A DNA stretch of 63,708 nucleotides, filler included, from Lama guanicoe (GCA_013239625.1; 157 parts of 157 records of this genome joined end to end with filler, not necessarily neighbours in it); one strand, 5' to 3'. Positions 1 to 13,392 are shown, counted from the first letter of the whole stretch. The notes: generated by a model not told the origin, from the sequence alone. Program-made: numbers and translations.

Positions 1-306
1 AGGTTAAGACTCCATAGTTACACTCTTTAAATAACATGGTTACATTGTTATACCTCCAGTTCAGTTGTCATGCCTCCCGTCTCTGAGCCAGACCAGGTGT
101 CTGTAGTCCTGAGTGTCCTCAGAAACGGTGTGACAGTGAATGATTTAATTTGATGTCCCCTGTAGATTTGAAAGATCACTCTGAACAAGGCATCACAGAA
201 CTGGGACCTACACTGGGAACCTGGGGAGTGGGAATTCGGTGAGTTACGTGGTCACTCTGGGCCATGGGCTGGAAGAAGATGGTGTCACCTTCCCTGCCCT
301 CTTTGC

Positions 307-406
307 NNNNNNNNNNNNNNNNNNNNNNNNNNNNNNNNNNNNNNNNNNNNTTAATTAATTAANNNNNNNNNNNNNNNNNNNNNNNNNNNNNNNNNNNNNN
401 NNNNNN
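307..406. other. Artificial 100-bp contig spacer (N44-TTAATTAATTAA-N44); first of ~156 copies recurring every ~406-408 bp across the window
   Basis: Identical palindromic 12-mer (351-362) flanked by 44 N on each side and repeated throughout. It carries TAA stops in all six frames and contains PacI sites. Confidence 0.98.
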
Positions 407-812
407 GTCCCCTTTCTGACGCATGAGTGAGCGATGTTGGAGTGGGCGGCGCCTGGAGAGGGTGTCCTTGTCGTGGAAGTGTTCCACAGGATGGGGAGGC
501 CTGTGGGGCAGCGCCAAAGCTTAACTTAATCCGAAGTTTGGATGAGCTGCTTCGTGCTTTCAAGTACAAAAGAAAGGAAAACAGTGTTCTGTGCGTGAAG
601 TTTTAACGGTAATGTTGCCAAGAAGAGGTTGACTCTGGATTTTTAGTCCTCGTCTGAGGGCCTCCTCAGAGTCTGCTGGACTTGATGTTTGAAGACCAGA
701 CTGTAGTTAAAGNNNNNNNNNNNNNNNNNNNNNNNNNNNNNNNNNNNNNNNNNNNNTTAATTAATTAANNNNNNNNNNNNNNNNNNNNNNNNNNNNNNNN
801 NNNNNNNNNNNN

Positions 813-1118
813 AAGTAAGTATCAATGAGTCCATATTAATATAAATGGGGCTGAAGAGAAAAGTCTCTTAAGCGAAGAATTCCAGATAATTTATGTAGGC
901 ACTCTGTGCCTCACATAGTGACTTCCTTCCAAAAAGTCCAGCCTGGAAAGAGAGGTGGGGTACCTTTCCAGTAGAGAGGCCTGGCAAACACCACCTTAGC
1001 CAGATGACCAAGGTGGACAGTTACAAGTCATTTTACTCGTATGAGCCTTGCTATTAGGTGATGAAAATAACACTTTATTCTGTGAACTTACCCAAAACTC
1101 ATCAACCGCATCTAATAA
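813..1118 (+). mobile_element. Old LINE-1 3' region (L1MC/L1MD-like)
   Basis: Motifs aagtatcaatgagtccatattaat, gtgacttccttccaaaa and ggcaaacaccaccttagcc resemble recalled L1MC/MD 3' UTR consensus. Confidence 0.6.
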
Positions 1119-4100
1119 NNNNNNNNNNNNNNNNNNNNNNNNNNNNNNNNNNNNNNNNNNNNTTAATTAATTAANNNNNNNNNNNNNNNNNNNNNNNNNN
1201 NNNNNNNNNNNNNNNNNNCTCAGGACTCTTGAAAGAATAACATACGATCAATCAGTCCACTAGGGGATGGGCTCTTGTTGTTGTCCTGACACCTCCTTGG
1301 CCACTGCCCGGCTGTTTATTCCACCACCCAGCTCCTCTCAGCCACAGCCCACTCCTCCTTACCTCCTACATCACCTCGTGTTCCTCTGTTGTGGCCAAGT
1401 TTGTGTATCTCTCTATGAGAGGGGCAGGTTCCTTGAGCGAAAGAACTGGGTCTCTTGCTTCCTTCTAGTGCTCCTGAGTGCCTGCTGTGTAGCCAAGCCA
1501 CAAAACACCTGGCGGGCTACCTTCNNNNNNNNNNNNNNNNNNNNNNNNNNNNNNNNNNNNNNNNNNNNTTAATTAATTAANNNNNNNNNNNNNNNNNNNN
1601 NNNNNNNNNNNNNNNNNNNNNNNNGAAAATTAAAAATTGTTATGGGGGGCTAAGGTGCTATACTATATAAAATTATAATGATTTGTTGATTTTATACACT
1701 TAGGAATATATATTATTTATAAAATATAGTTAATATACTTTTAAAACATTCATCTTTGTACCTTGACTAATAAACATATTGTGGCTAGTCAGTATTAAGA
1801 ACACTTCAATGGTCTTCCATTTCTTTATTTTTTTATTCATCTTACAATGCATAGAAGGGATATCATAACTTCTTGGAAATGCTTTTTTGAGTTTACCCTA
1901 TATACTCCAAATTTGCATAATTAAAATCTANNNNNNNNNNNNNNNNNNNNNNNNNNNNNNNNNNNNNNNNNNNNTTAATTAATTAANNNNNNNNNNNNNN
2001 NNNNNNNNNNNNNNNNNNNNNNNNNNNNNNAAAAAAATGAATATTTATAATTCAAAAAACATTTATTTTTATGAAGGTCTTCTATAAAATGTACACTATA
2101 ACTAGAAGAAATGGACTTAGAATAAAAATTCCTATTTGGAGGTGGAAAGAGAATGCAAAATTAAAAGGAAATTTTGCAAGTTAAAATCTTTCATTGCTTT
2201 AAAGAAGGTAAAAACAGCATAATCTATATGACCTTGAATGAAAGAATATTTCTTGGCTCTTTGAACTTGACAAATTCAAGGTTGTGCTGGCATTAGGTTT
2301 CCATGGCTCATTGCCCAAATAACTGCATCAAAGCCCNNNNNNNNNNNNNNNNNNNNNNNNNNNNNNNNNNNNNNNNNNNNTTAATTAATTAANNNNNNNN
2401 NNNNNNNNNNNNNNNNNNNNNNNNNNNNNNNNNNNNCCCCACTAGGAAGGAGTTGGGAGTATTCAAGCCTAGGGAAGGGCTTCAGGGAGCCCTGGATTTT
2501 TAGGACAACAATCAACTGGAGTGTGATGAAATAAAGGTGGGAGTATCTGGAAATGGACAGAGAGCTGCACAGAGAGAGCCGGGTGGAGCAGGAGACCAGC
2601 TATAGTCCCCTATCAACTGGGCAAGAGCCAGTGAATGTTTCTCATGAACTCTACGTGAGCTACACAGAAATGACATTTGCCAAAGAAATTTTAAATCCTT
2701 CCAAAGGTCTACATAACCCCCAAAGGGGGCTGGAACCCCCCCNNNNNNNNNNNNNNNNNNNNNNNNNNNNNNNNNNNNNNNNNNNNTTAATTAATTAANN
2801 NNNNNNNNNNNNNNNNNNNNNNNNNNNNNNNNNNNNNNNNNNTTTTTTTTTGATTCAGAATTATGTTTGGCTAAAATATATTCATAAATAATCCTGAAGA
2901 CCTTATGGACAGACTTACCCAGTTTTTAGTGTACCGTGCTCTGCCTGAGGCAATTCCCAGTCTTTGGAAGAACACTTCAAAATCATTACCAGATCCTAAT
3001 TTGCTAATCCTTTTAGGGGTAAAATACAGGATTATTTGAGTTAAGTTCTTCACTGAGTACAGATCAAAGGTTAACTTAACTAAACTCCATTCTTAATACA
3101 AAAAATACAATTTTTAGATATATCACCTTAGACAAGCAGAAAAAAAAANNNNNNNNNNNNNNNNNNNNNNNNNNNNNNNNNNNNNNNNNNNNTTAATTAA
3201 TTAANNNNNNNNNNNNNNNNNNNNNNNNNNNNNNNNNNNNNNNNNNNNAGGAAGGACTTCAGTGAGTGTGCGCCCGGCCACACCCCGCCCCAGCCACCGG
3301 GAAGGTGGAGCGACTGACCGCCCAAGCCTTGGGCAATGAAGAAGCCCATGTTTGGGGAAAGACGTCATTCCACTGCAGGAAGCCAATTCTAAAGCATTTT
3401 TAAAGAACTTTATTTTTAGCAGATGGGGAAGCCAGGAAATCGAATCAATAGACCTAAACTCTGGAGCAGACAGAAATAATGGTAAAAGCAAATGCTGCTC
3501 CCACTGCCCCTTCTAAGCTGCAGAATGATGAGTTAAGGAAAACGAGGGATTAAGNNNNNNNNNNNNNNNNNNNNNNNNNNNNNNNNNNNNNNNNNNNNTT
3601 AATTAATTAANNNNNNNNNNNNNNNNNNNNNNNNNNNNNNNNNNNNNNNNNNNNCCCCCGACACACACACCAAAAAAATAAAAATAGGAATAAATATAGG
3701 ATTAGAGTTTTAAAAAAAAAATACGTAGGGGAACTCAGAACTGACAGGGGAAGTGTAAATAATATTGTCCCCTAAGACAAAGGTGCCAGGCTGTCCCTGA
3801 CAAGAATCACAGGCAGCGGGGCGGCAAGCCCAGGGTGTGGGAGGAGAGCGGCGGCCACACGGCCCAGCGTTTAAAGCGGTCAGTGCCTCTGACAGCTGGG
3901 AGGTCCACTCGGGAGTCCATCTCCTGCCCTGTAACTTAAGGAGCAGGGATTTTAGAAGCCNNNNNNNNNNNNNNNNNNNNNNNNNNNNNNNNNNNNNNNN
4001 NNNNTTAATTAATTAANNNNNNNNNNNNNNNNNNNNNNNNNNNNNNNNNNNNNNNNNNNNTTCTGTTTTATTTTCCTTCTGTGAGAACATTTTTCAGGAA

Positions 4101-4872
4101 AATTCAGTCTACAAAAGGTTCTAAGATGAAGCAACAGAATGTTACTTACAACTTTATTTGGAATTAAAGAAGAGTTCTATACTTGGGCAGGGGGAAAGTT
4201 GGGATCTAACTGGGGCCAAGGGGATCCGAAAGTAAAAACCTTCAGTGCCATGGTTTTCAAAATTTGTCGAGCATCAAATTAACCTACAGCTTTACATGAA
4301 CATAGATTCCTCAACATTTCTATCAAGTACCTAATTTCTGGTTGTTTCCTCTGAATATATATTATTNNNNNNNNNNNNNNNNNNNNNNNNNNNNNNNNNN
4401 NNNNNNNNNNTTAATTAATTAANNNNNNNNNNNNNNNNNNNNNNNNNNNNNNNNNNNNNNNNNNNNAAAAAAAAGAATGCTACATACACAGAATTATACA
4501 GTATAAGACCTTTTGTGATTAGCTTTTAAAATTTTTCACTCTGAAAGTACATTCACGCAACTTGTGGCATGTATCAGTAGTTTGTGCCATTTTATTGCTG
4601 AGTAGGATTCCATGGTGTGGATATAACAGGTTGCTTAACCACTCATATGGGTTTTTTTCCCACTTTCTTTTTTCCCCCAGCTTTATTAAGGTATAATTGA
4701 CAAATAGAAATTGAATATATTTAAGATAGAGAACTTGATGTTTTGCTAGCATTCATTTCTTTTCTTTTTTTTNNNNNNNNNNNNNNNNNNNNNNNNNNNN
4801 NNNNNNNNNNNNNNNNTTAATTAATTAANNNNNNNNNNNNNNNNNNNNNNNNNNNNNNNNNNNNNNNNNNNN

Positions 4873-5160
4873 TTCTATCAACAAAACCCTTGTCCAAATT
4901 ACCATTATCCTCAGCCTAAATTACATCAATTGCATTTTGATGGGTCGACCCTCTTCTCCTTGCCTCTAGCTCAGCCCCAGGTCATTCTCCACTGCTAGCC
5001 GAGTGATCTCTTCAACTCAAATCTATTAATGTTACCCCATGCTTAGCACTCCTTAGTGTTCCACCGAGCTTGACAAAAGTCTCCATGAAGTTTAGAAGGT
5101 CTGTATGATCTGGCCGTGGTCTTATACTCTCCCATTTCATACTGTCCAACAGAGTAGCCC
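4873..5160. mobile_element. LINE-2 fragment
   Basis: Degenerate L2 motifs: ttctccactgctagccgagtgatct ... atgttaccccatgctt. Confidence 0.55.
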
Positions 5161-6496
5161 CAGTTTCACTTGTGATTANNNNNNNNNNNNNNNNNNNNNN
5201 NNNNNNNNNNNNNNNNNNNNNNTTAATTAATTAANNNNNNNNNNNNNNNNNNNNNNNNNNNNNNNNNNNNNNNNNNNNCTGGCTTAGATGACATCATTCC
5301 TTGCATTTAAGTTTTTCTGTGACTGTTTTGCTGTGGACTCAAGTCATGTGTCTTTTGTTCACTTGGAATAAACATACCCTAAATGATCTTGATTCCTAGA
5401 ATTGTTACTGAATGCTATTGATTCTTAAGATAGCAAGAATTTTATTAGCTGGTCTTAGAGAACCAGTATAAATTTAACTGAATTGACATTTTATGAAACA
5501 CTCTGTTTACCAAGTATCCATTATTGTGGTAACTACATTTTTTTCTTTTTATCATGAGGCTTGTTCTTTTTATTATTATTATTGNNNNNNNNNNNNNNNN
5601 NNNNNNNNNNNNNNNNNNNNNNNNNNNNTTAATTAATTAANNNNNNNNNNNNNNNNNNNNNNNNNNNNNNNNNNNNNNNNNNNNCACTTACTTCCATAGA
5701 GAAGAATCAAATATTTCTATTTGTATCTATTGTATTTTAGGGCCCATGGCAGTCATCACTGTTTCTGCATAAAAAGCACCGTTGGTGTCTACAATAACAT
5801 TTAAATTAAGTTTTTTTTTTTAATTTAGAAAAAGGGATTGAATTCTTAAGTTGCTTGTTTAATGATACATTTTTATATAGGACAATCTTAAGTGTAGTAT
5901 ACAGGATTCCTGACTTTGAATACATTTTCTCTCCAGGGTTATTATCATTTTAAGGAAGATAGATGTTTACTCTGACTGGTTTCCTGTCCCNNNNNNNNNN
6001 NNNNNNNNNNNNNNNNNNNNNNNNNNNNNNNNNNTTAATTAATTAANNNNNNNNNNNNNNNNNNNNNNNNNNNNNNNNNNNNNNNNNNNNAACTCCCCAC
6101 TGCAGGACCCTTCGCACACCTGCATTTCTGCAAGATAAAAACATCTTCCCTTGATTTGTGTTTTCACCCTAACAGAACTAACCACCCTAGGAAATAGCCT
6201 GTCTGACTATACCCTCGTTGGACAGGTCTCACAGCACATCCTGCCCTCATTGTTCAGAGTGCTCCTGACAGATCTTACAACCAATCAGGTGCCTGTGCAG
6301 GAGTTGATCATGCAGCCCCTGCTCCTCGTGTGCACACCCCCTCCCCCCAGTAAAAGCCCCTGCACGTTCACCCTGGGTGCTCACCCAGGCACCTCTNNNN
6401 NNNNNNNNNNNNNNNNNNNNNNNNNNNNNNNNNNNNNNNNTTAATTAATTAANNNNNNNNNNNNNNNNNNNNNNNNNNNNNNNNNNNNNNNNNNNN

Positions 6497-6796
6497 GAAC
6501 CCAGAATTTACTACATGGAATGCAGAACACAGAATTTAGAATATAAAGTACAGAACAATGAAATAAGAGTTTAGAATATAGAATGTAGAACACAGATATA
6601 GATTATAGAATATGGAATGCAGAATATAGTATGTAGAATATAGAACGAAGCAAACAAAATATAGAATATAGAATGAGAACCTAGGACCCAGAGTTTAGAA
6701 CACGGAATGCAGAACACAGAATTTGCAATATACAATACAGAATACTAAATATAGAATTTAGAGTATAATATGTAGAACACAGAATATAGAATATAG
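6497..6796 (+). repeat. AT-rich satellite built on an AGAATAT/AGAACAC heptamer, with a ~187-bp higher-order unit
   Basis: The whole fragment is degenerate 7-mers. GGAATGCAGAACACAGAATTT occurs at 6517 and again at 6704. Confidence 0.85.
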
Positions 6797-7453
6797 NNNN
6801 NNNNNNNNNNNNNNNNNNNNNNNNNNNNNNNNNNNNNNNNTTAATTAATTAANNNNNNNNNNNNNNNNNNNNNNNNNNNNNNNNNNNNNNNNNNNNAACA
6901 TCCTTTGGTTTAATGCTTCGAAATGAAAAGCTTAAAAAAATACAGGAAGAAGTTTAATAAGTTTAATTTGTATCATTACATCTCAAACTATGATTGATGG
7001 AATTTTATTCAGGTGGTTTTGTTGTAACTGAAGTTTGATTTTCTCCTTTTCCTAAAATGATGTGAAGGTGGGGTGGACATTCCCTTTTCATGCTTAATAT
7101 TTATTAAATACAGGATCCGTTTTCAGAAATAATTTTCCTTTCCTTCCTTAGATTTGGCATAATCATTGTTCAGCTGTCAAATTCAAGAAATAAATGCTTC
7201 TTNNNNNNNNNNNNNNNNNNNNNNNNNNNNNNNNNNNNNNNNNNNNTTAATTAATTAANNNNNNNNNNNNNNNNNNNNNNNNNNNNNNNNNNNNNNNNNN
7301 NNCGCGCGACCCCTCGGGCTTTGTCCAGGGTGTCGCTGTTGCCCTCCGTCCAGTCAGAGGACGAAGGCTGAGGCTGAGGAGGGGGGTCCGCCGGCACCGC
7401 GAGCGGCCCCGAGTGCTCCGGCTGATCCCGCAACCACGACGGCCCTGCGCGCA

Positions 7454-7496
7454 CCTGACCTGAGCAGTGCGCCCCTGACCTGAGCAGTGCGCCCCT
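7454..7496. repeat. Perfect 20-bp tandem duplication within a CpG-rich fragment
   Basis: CCTGACCTGAGCAGTGCGCC at 7454-7473 and 7474-7493, plus CCT. Confidence 0.9.
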
Positions 7497-9854
7497 CAGC
7501 GACCTCGAGGAGGACAGGGCGCAGGGCCGCCCGTCCTGTCTCCTCCACGCGGGTGTCGTTAGGACTAAAGGGGTGCGTCTGGGGACCGCATTTTGTTCCT
7601 CGGGGAAANNNNNNNNNNNNNNNNNNNNNNNNNNNNNNNNNNNNNNNNNNNNTTAATTAATTAANNNNNNNNNNNNNNNNNNNNNNNNNNNNNNNNNNNN
7701 NNNNNNNNAGGTCCTGCACTGATTTCCATTTTCTACTTTGCTTTCTCCTACTTCAAGGTTTTCTGAGGCCTCAATCTTTCTTGGGGAATAAGAGACCTCC
7801 CTCCATCAAGTGTCCTGAAGAAAGGGCTGGGTGAGTGGATGTTTATCTTGCTGTGTAAATGGGAGAGATGAGCATAGGTTGCACTGGTACTCTGCCAACT
7901 GGGCATCGATAAATCAACAATTCCCATACATAACTCACAGAAGTGTAATTCTTGTTTATCTCTAGTTCCTATACAGACATGGTGGGAGTGTTTGTCCGTA
8001 GACTGCACTTTTGANNNNNNNNNNNNNNNNNNNNNNNNNNNNNNNNNNNNNNNNNNNNTTAATTAATTAANNNNNNNNNNNNNNNNNNNNNNNNNNNNNN
8101 NNNNNNNNNNNNNNGTCTGGGGGTCCGGCCACCTCAGGCTTTGGTGGTGAGTGTCCCACTTTCTGCAATGACAACTCTCCTGCCCCACTGTCCCTGCAAT
8201 GGCGTGAGGCCATCAAACTGGGTGCCTGGTGGGGGGACCCGGTGAACAGTGCCTGGTCCACTGGCCCCTGTCCTGGGATCTGGGCCCTGGACCATTTGTC
8301 TGCCTGGTGCTGCCCTGCCCCTAAGCAGTGGGTCCCCTCTGACCTGGCTGCCCCCAAGGGGCTGTGCAGAGAAGGGGCTGGCGCCTGGCCAGGGCCAGGG
8401 CTTAACGATCAAGGGCTAAGNNNNNNNNNNNNNNNNNNNNNNNNNNNNNNNNNNNNNNNNNNNNTTAATTAATTAANNNNNNNNNNNNNNNNNNNNNNNN
8501 NNNNNNNNNNNNNNNNNNNNGGAGGGGACAGCCAGCTGCCTAGGTCAGTGATGCAGTTTCTGCCACAATCTAGCCAGTGTAGAGATGCACACAGGGACTG
8601 GATCTTGGACTTGGGGTCCACCAAGGGCAATCTCCTGCCCTCTTCACTGCTTCTTGACAGCTCTGAGATGGTCTTAGGGGCAGAAGGGTGAGTTAGCCCC
8701 ACTCGGCTGCCCATAGAAGAGGTTCCAGAATGGGGCACACCAAAGGGAGGGGAGGACACGCTAGTGGCCCTGAGTAGTGAAGTGCCCCTAAAAAATGAGG
8801 ACTGACTCTGGGCTCCAGTCTCTCCCNNNNNNNNNNNNNNNNNNNNNNNNNNNNNNNNNNNNNNNNNNNNTTAATTAATTAANNNNNNNNNNNNNNNNNN
8901 NNNNNNNNNNNNNNNNNNNNNNNNNNACGTGTGATCCCTGTGCAGTGGTGTGCTCAGAGTTGGCGAGGAGGTGGGATGTGCGGCGGGGCTGGCGGTGCTC
9001 GTTTGCTGCCTGACCGCCTCTTCCCAGGGAGGCTTCGTGGGGGTGCCGGTCCTGAGGTTTGCATGTGCTTCATTTTTGACTTCTCATTTTCGAATGGGTT
9101 TCAGGAATCCTGTGAGCTGAGCGGTAGTATGGAGGGCCTCAGGCTGACATTCCTGCTGTGCCAAGGTCCTCTGCAGCGGGTGGTGTCTCTGGGAACGACC
9201 TCCCAGGCTAACTAAATGGGGCAGGAAAGGAANNNNNNNNNNNNNNNNNNNNNNNNNNNNNNNNNNNNNNNNNNNNTTAATTAATTAANNNNNNNNNNNN
9301 NNNNNNNNNNNNNNNNNNNNNNNNNNNNNNNNGTTGATAAGGCCCGATCAACTGAGAATGACTAATTCAATCACCAGTGAGGTGTCCAAAAGGTTCCATT
9401 AAATCTTTTTCAACGTCTTTCTCACACTTGGCGTTAAGTCATGGCTGAGAAGACTTTCCTCACCTCAGCAACGAATCCAGGAGCACCCCCAGGACCCCAG
9501 CCGTGGAACCTGCCCAGCACGCTCTCTCTCCTCACGCAGGTCGCCCAAGAAGAACTCCGTGCTTTGAGTCAGGGGTCATTCACGAGCGAGCGCACTTTCT
9601 CGGCCAGAGGCTTTTCCTGTTTGAATGTTCCTTTGTTCNNNNNNNNNNNNNNNNNNNNNNNNNNNNNNNNNNNNNNNNNNNNTTAATTAATTAANNNNNN
9701 NNNNNNNNNNNNNNNNNNNNNNNNNNNNNNNNNNNNNNGAATTAACTAAAGTTACTCAGAAAAGGTTTATTTTAGTACAAGTAGCTCCATTCATACGAGA
9801 GAATTTTTCAGTAAACATCTCATATATGGGTAGATATGTGTAGTATATGTGAAG

Positions 9855-10044
9855 GGCAACAAACACTTTGAGAAAGATACAGATAGCAAATATTTTAGAC
9901 TTTGCAGTTCATACCATCTTTCATAGCTAATCGAATCAGTCCTTGGAGTTGTAAAAACAGCCATAGACAATACATAAAGAAATGAGTGTGGCTGGTTTTT
10001 TTTAAAGCCTTATTTACAGACACTAAAATTTGATTTCCTGTAAT
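9855..10044. mobile_element. MER58-like hAT-Charlie DNA transposon relic
   Basis: cagatagcaaatattttagactttgcag ... cagccatagacaatacataaa ... gagtgtggctg match the recalled MER58 consensus. Confidence 0.7.
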
Positions 10045-10246
10045 NNNNNNNNNNNNNNNNNNNNNNNNNNNNNNNNNNNNNNNNNNNNTTAATTAATTAA
10101 NNNNNNNNNNNNNNNNNNNNNNNNNNNNNNNNNNNNNNNNNNNNAAGTTTAAGGTTTTTAAGTAACTACCTCTCAGGATCATAATCATTACAATGTAGCA
10201 GAGAAAGCCTGAACCCTGATGTGGACGATGGGAGGGTTTATTCTCT

Positions 10247-10316
10247 TTCCCTTATGAAGAACTTTCTTCCTGATTCTTTGGTTCCCTTATGAAGAACTTT
10301 CTTCCTGATTCTTTGG
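10247..10316. repeat. Perfect 35-bp tandem duplication
   Basis: TTCCCTTATGAAGAACTTTCTTCCTGATTCTTTGG at 10247-10281 and 10282-10316. Confidence 0.95.
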
Positions 10317-10550
10317 AACTGATGGCAAGAAGAACTTATCTCACATCCACCTATGTATCTGTATCTATCTATGCCCTATGTCTCTGTGCGTTTCTGTATC
10401 TATAATCTATCATCTGTGTCAACAGCAAAATACAGATTCCTTTTTTTTTTNNNNNNNNNNNNNNNNNNNNNNNNNNNNNNNNNNNNNNNNNNNNTTAATT
10501 AATTAANNNNNNNNNNNNNNNNNNNNNNNNNNNNNNNNNNNNNNNNNNNN

Positions 10551-10820
10551 CCTTGACAGTCAATCTGATAACCAACACTGCTGCTAAATGACTGATAGTA
10601 TAAACAGAGTGGATGCCCTGGACAGAAGGGTGGCTCAGGCTTGGGCCAGAATAAAGCAGGGTGGTGTGAGATTTTATTTCACTACTTAGAATGACCTGCA
10701 ACTTAGAACGTATACATTGTTTATTTCTGGAATTTTCCATCGACTATTTTCCAACTTCAGTTCATGGTGGGTAACTGAAACCACGGATAGTGAAGCCACG
10801 GCTGAGCGGGGAAGTTCTGT
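10551..10820. mobile_element. Tigger2/MER8-like TcMar DNA transposon end
   Basis: tttatttctggaattttccat ... gggtaactgaaaccacggatagtgaagccacgg ... resembles the recalled Tigger2-family terminus. Confidence 0.7.
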
Positions 10821-12184
10821 TCAGAGACCAGAGATGCAACAGGAGAATATGAGCTTNNNNNNNNNNNNNNNNNNNNNNNNNNNNNNNNNNNNNNNNNNNN
10901 TTAATTAATTAANNNNNNNNNNNNNNNNNNNNNNNNNNNNNNNNNNNNNNNNNNNNCCCCCTGAGCACTGGGCATTTGTACTCTGGTGTCATGGGACCTT
11001 GTCTAAAGTCTTCTTCAAGACAGTCTCTTTCCAATTTCTCTTCCAAATACACTCCTGTTTTTCATACCTATTTCACTGGAAGTTATCACCTCTGATGCAG
11101 ATGCGTCACTTGGATTTCTTATCTCCATCCCAACTCTTTGCTTTCCTCAACCCACATACCCCTTTATGTCCCATGGTCTCTGCCTGCAGGACTCGAGGGG
11201 GAACCAGTTTCACTGCTCCACCTGCACTTCCATCGCTCCCCTCGTCCAGTCACCACCATCATNNNNNNNNNNNNNNNNNNNNNNNNNNNNNNNNNNNNNN
11301 NNNNNNTTAATTAATTAANNNNNNNNNNNNNNNNNNNNNNNNNNNNNNNNNNNNNNNNNNNNAAGAGGTTGGAGAGATGCAAGGGGAAGAAGGGGCTTGG
11401 GGAAAACCTAGTTCTTTGCCTTGACCTTAAACTTCTCTCCCCCTAACTTCTGCGTTGGTCCTGATGCTGCCCTCTGGAGTACTGGCACAGCACGAGTCTT
11501 TCCTCTTCCTCCAGACAAGCCCTTCAAACATTGGAACGTGGGGCTAGATTGCTTGGGATCCCGGTCTGTGTCTCAAACATCCCTGGTTTTTTCACGTGAG
11601 CCTCCGGAGACCTGGTTTCGAAAACCTGTCCCCCTATGCCTCCCAGATCTGTAGGTGAGTTTGTTTGCNNNNNNNNNNNNNNNNNNNNNNNNNNNNNNNN
11701 NNNNNNNNNNNNTTAATTAATTAANNNNNNNNNNNNNNNNNNNNNNNNNNNNNNNNNNNNNNNNNNNNCCTAAGATGAATTTGGAAGCAAAAATAATAAA
11801 GATGGAATTTCTCTATCCGAACTTAAAACATATTTTAAATCTATATTAGTGATAAGAATTTGGTTTAAAATGCATAAACAAACTAGTAAAAAATTAGAAG
11901 AAATAGACAGAAATGGATTCTTTTAGGGTGCAATGAAAGGTAACATAACAAATTGGTGGGAAAATAAAGGGTTGCTTAAAAGAGAGCAGGAGGAAATAGG
12001 TTAAAATGTCAGGGGAAAAGTTACCCACTTTTGTATATTTTCAGTATTTCTCTGTTTTTTATAATCAATATGTANNNNNNNNNNNNNNNNNNNNNNNNNN
12101 NNNNNNNNNNNNNNNNNNTTAATTAATTAANNNNNNNNNNNNNNNNNNNNNNNNNNNNNNNNNNNNNNNNNNNNTGAATTTTAT

Positions 12185-12380
12185 TCAACACATATATATG
12201 CGTGTGTACTTATACACACAGGTTTGTGTATCAATATGTGTGCATATACAAACATGGCATGTATGCACATAGCACATATGTGTGTGCATGTACACGTGCA
12301 TGCATATGCACGCACATTGTATTTGTGCACACATCTGTATATATAAATAAACACACACACACACACGTTAGAGAGAGAGA
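12185..12380. repeat. Alternating purine-pyrimidine (CA/TA/TG) low-complexity tract
   Basis: Degenerate (TG)n/(CA)n/(TA)n runs ending in (AC)n(AG)n. Confidence 0.85.
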
Positions 12381-13392
12381 CCACTCGTGTGCCTTGCACA
12401 TGGTAGGTATTTGGAAAATGATAATTGTTACAGTTTCAGAATTCATTGAAATGTATCTGAAAAATCACCGCGTGCAACCGNNNNNNNNNNNNNNNNNNNN
12501 NNNNNNNNNNNNNNNNNNNNNNNNTTAATTAATTAANNNNNNNNNNNNNNNNNNNNNNNNNNNNNNNNNNNNNNNNNNNNTCTCTAATCGCTGCTTGTCT
12601 CTTCCTGGGAGGACTGCGACCTCTCTGGGTCCAAGCCCGTGTCTGCGACGGGAGGGGTGTGTGCAGCCCACGTCTGGTGCAGCCCCGACATGTGGCAGGT
12701 CCCAGTGAATTCCACCGTGCGGTCCTCAGCTGGACTGCCAGCCCCTGCAGGCCAGCAGCCTCTAACTGCCCCGCGGAGCCAGTACACGTACGGTCAGTGG
12801 ATGGAGCAGCGCCTTTAAGGGCTCTAGAAGCAGACGTTCTGCTCAGAAACCGACTCTATGGGCACAAAGCACGTGGGGATATTCTGNNNNNNNNNNNNNN
12901 NNNNNNNNNNNNNNNNNNNNNNNNNNNNNNTTAATTAATTAANNNNNNNNNNNNNNNNNNNNNNNNNNNNNNNNNNNNNNNNNNNNTATTCTAGTTTTCT
13001 CTTTCCTTCTGTCTTTACCTGCCACTTCTGATAGTGTTCTAGTATTATTTCAACCTAGTCAAATGTATACCCTTTACGTACTATTTTTTCCCACCTTGTC
13101 CCGAACCCCCTCCCCATTTTGTTTTAACTTCAGAAAAAAGTAGGGTAGGGGCAAGAGCTGGAGGAGGCACCCATGGGGCCCTTTAGGGACCCCTAGCTGC
13201 ACACGAGGGCTGCCCCACCCCAGGAATGTCAGCGGCCTCCTTACAGAGGTCCCAGGGCCCATCCAGCATGCCCCGAAAGCAGGGCCCATGACNNNNNNNN
13301 NNNNNNNNNNNNNNNNNNNNNNNNNNNNNNNNNNNNTTAATTAATTAANNNNNNNNNNNNNNNNNNNNNNNNNNNNNNNNNNNNNNNNNNNN

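Noticed and set aside
3815..3880. GC box, CACCC box and TTTAAA as a promoter
   Set aside because: Short motifs that occur by chance, with no downstream exon identifiable in the fragment.
9333..9638. ERV 5' leader (similarly ERV-internal-like AT-rich fragments at 37334-37640 and 50780-51086)
   Set aside because: Impression only; no PBS, LTR end or gag/pol/env motif is visible to support a call.
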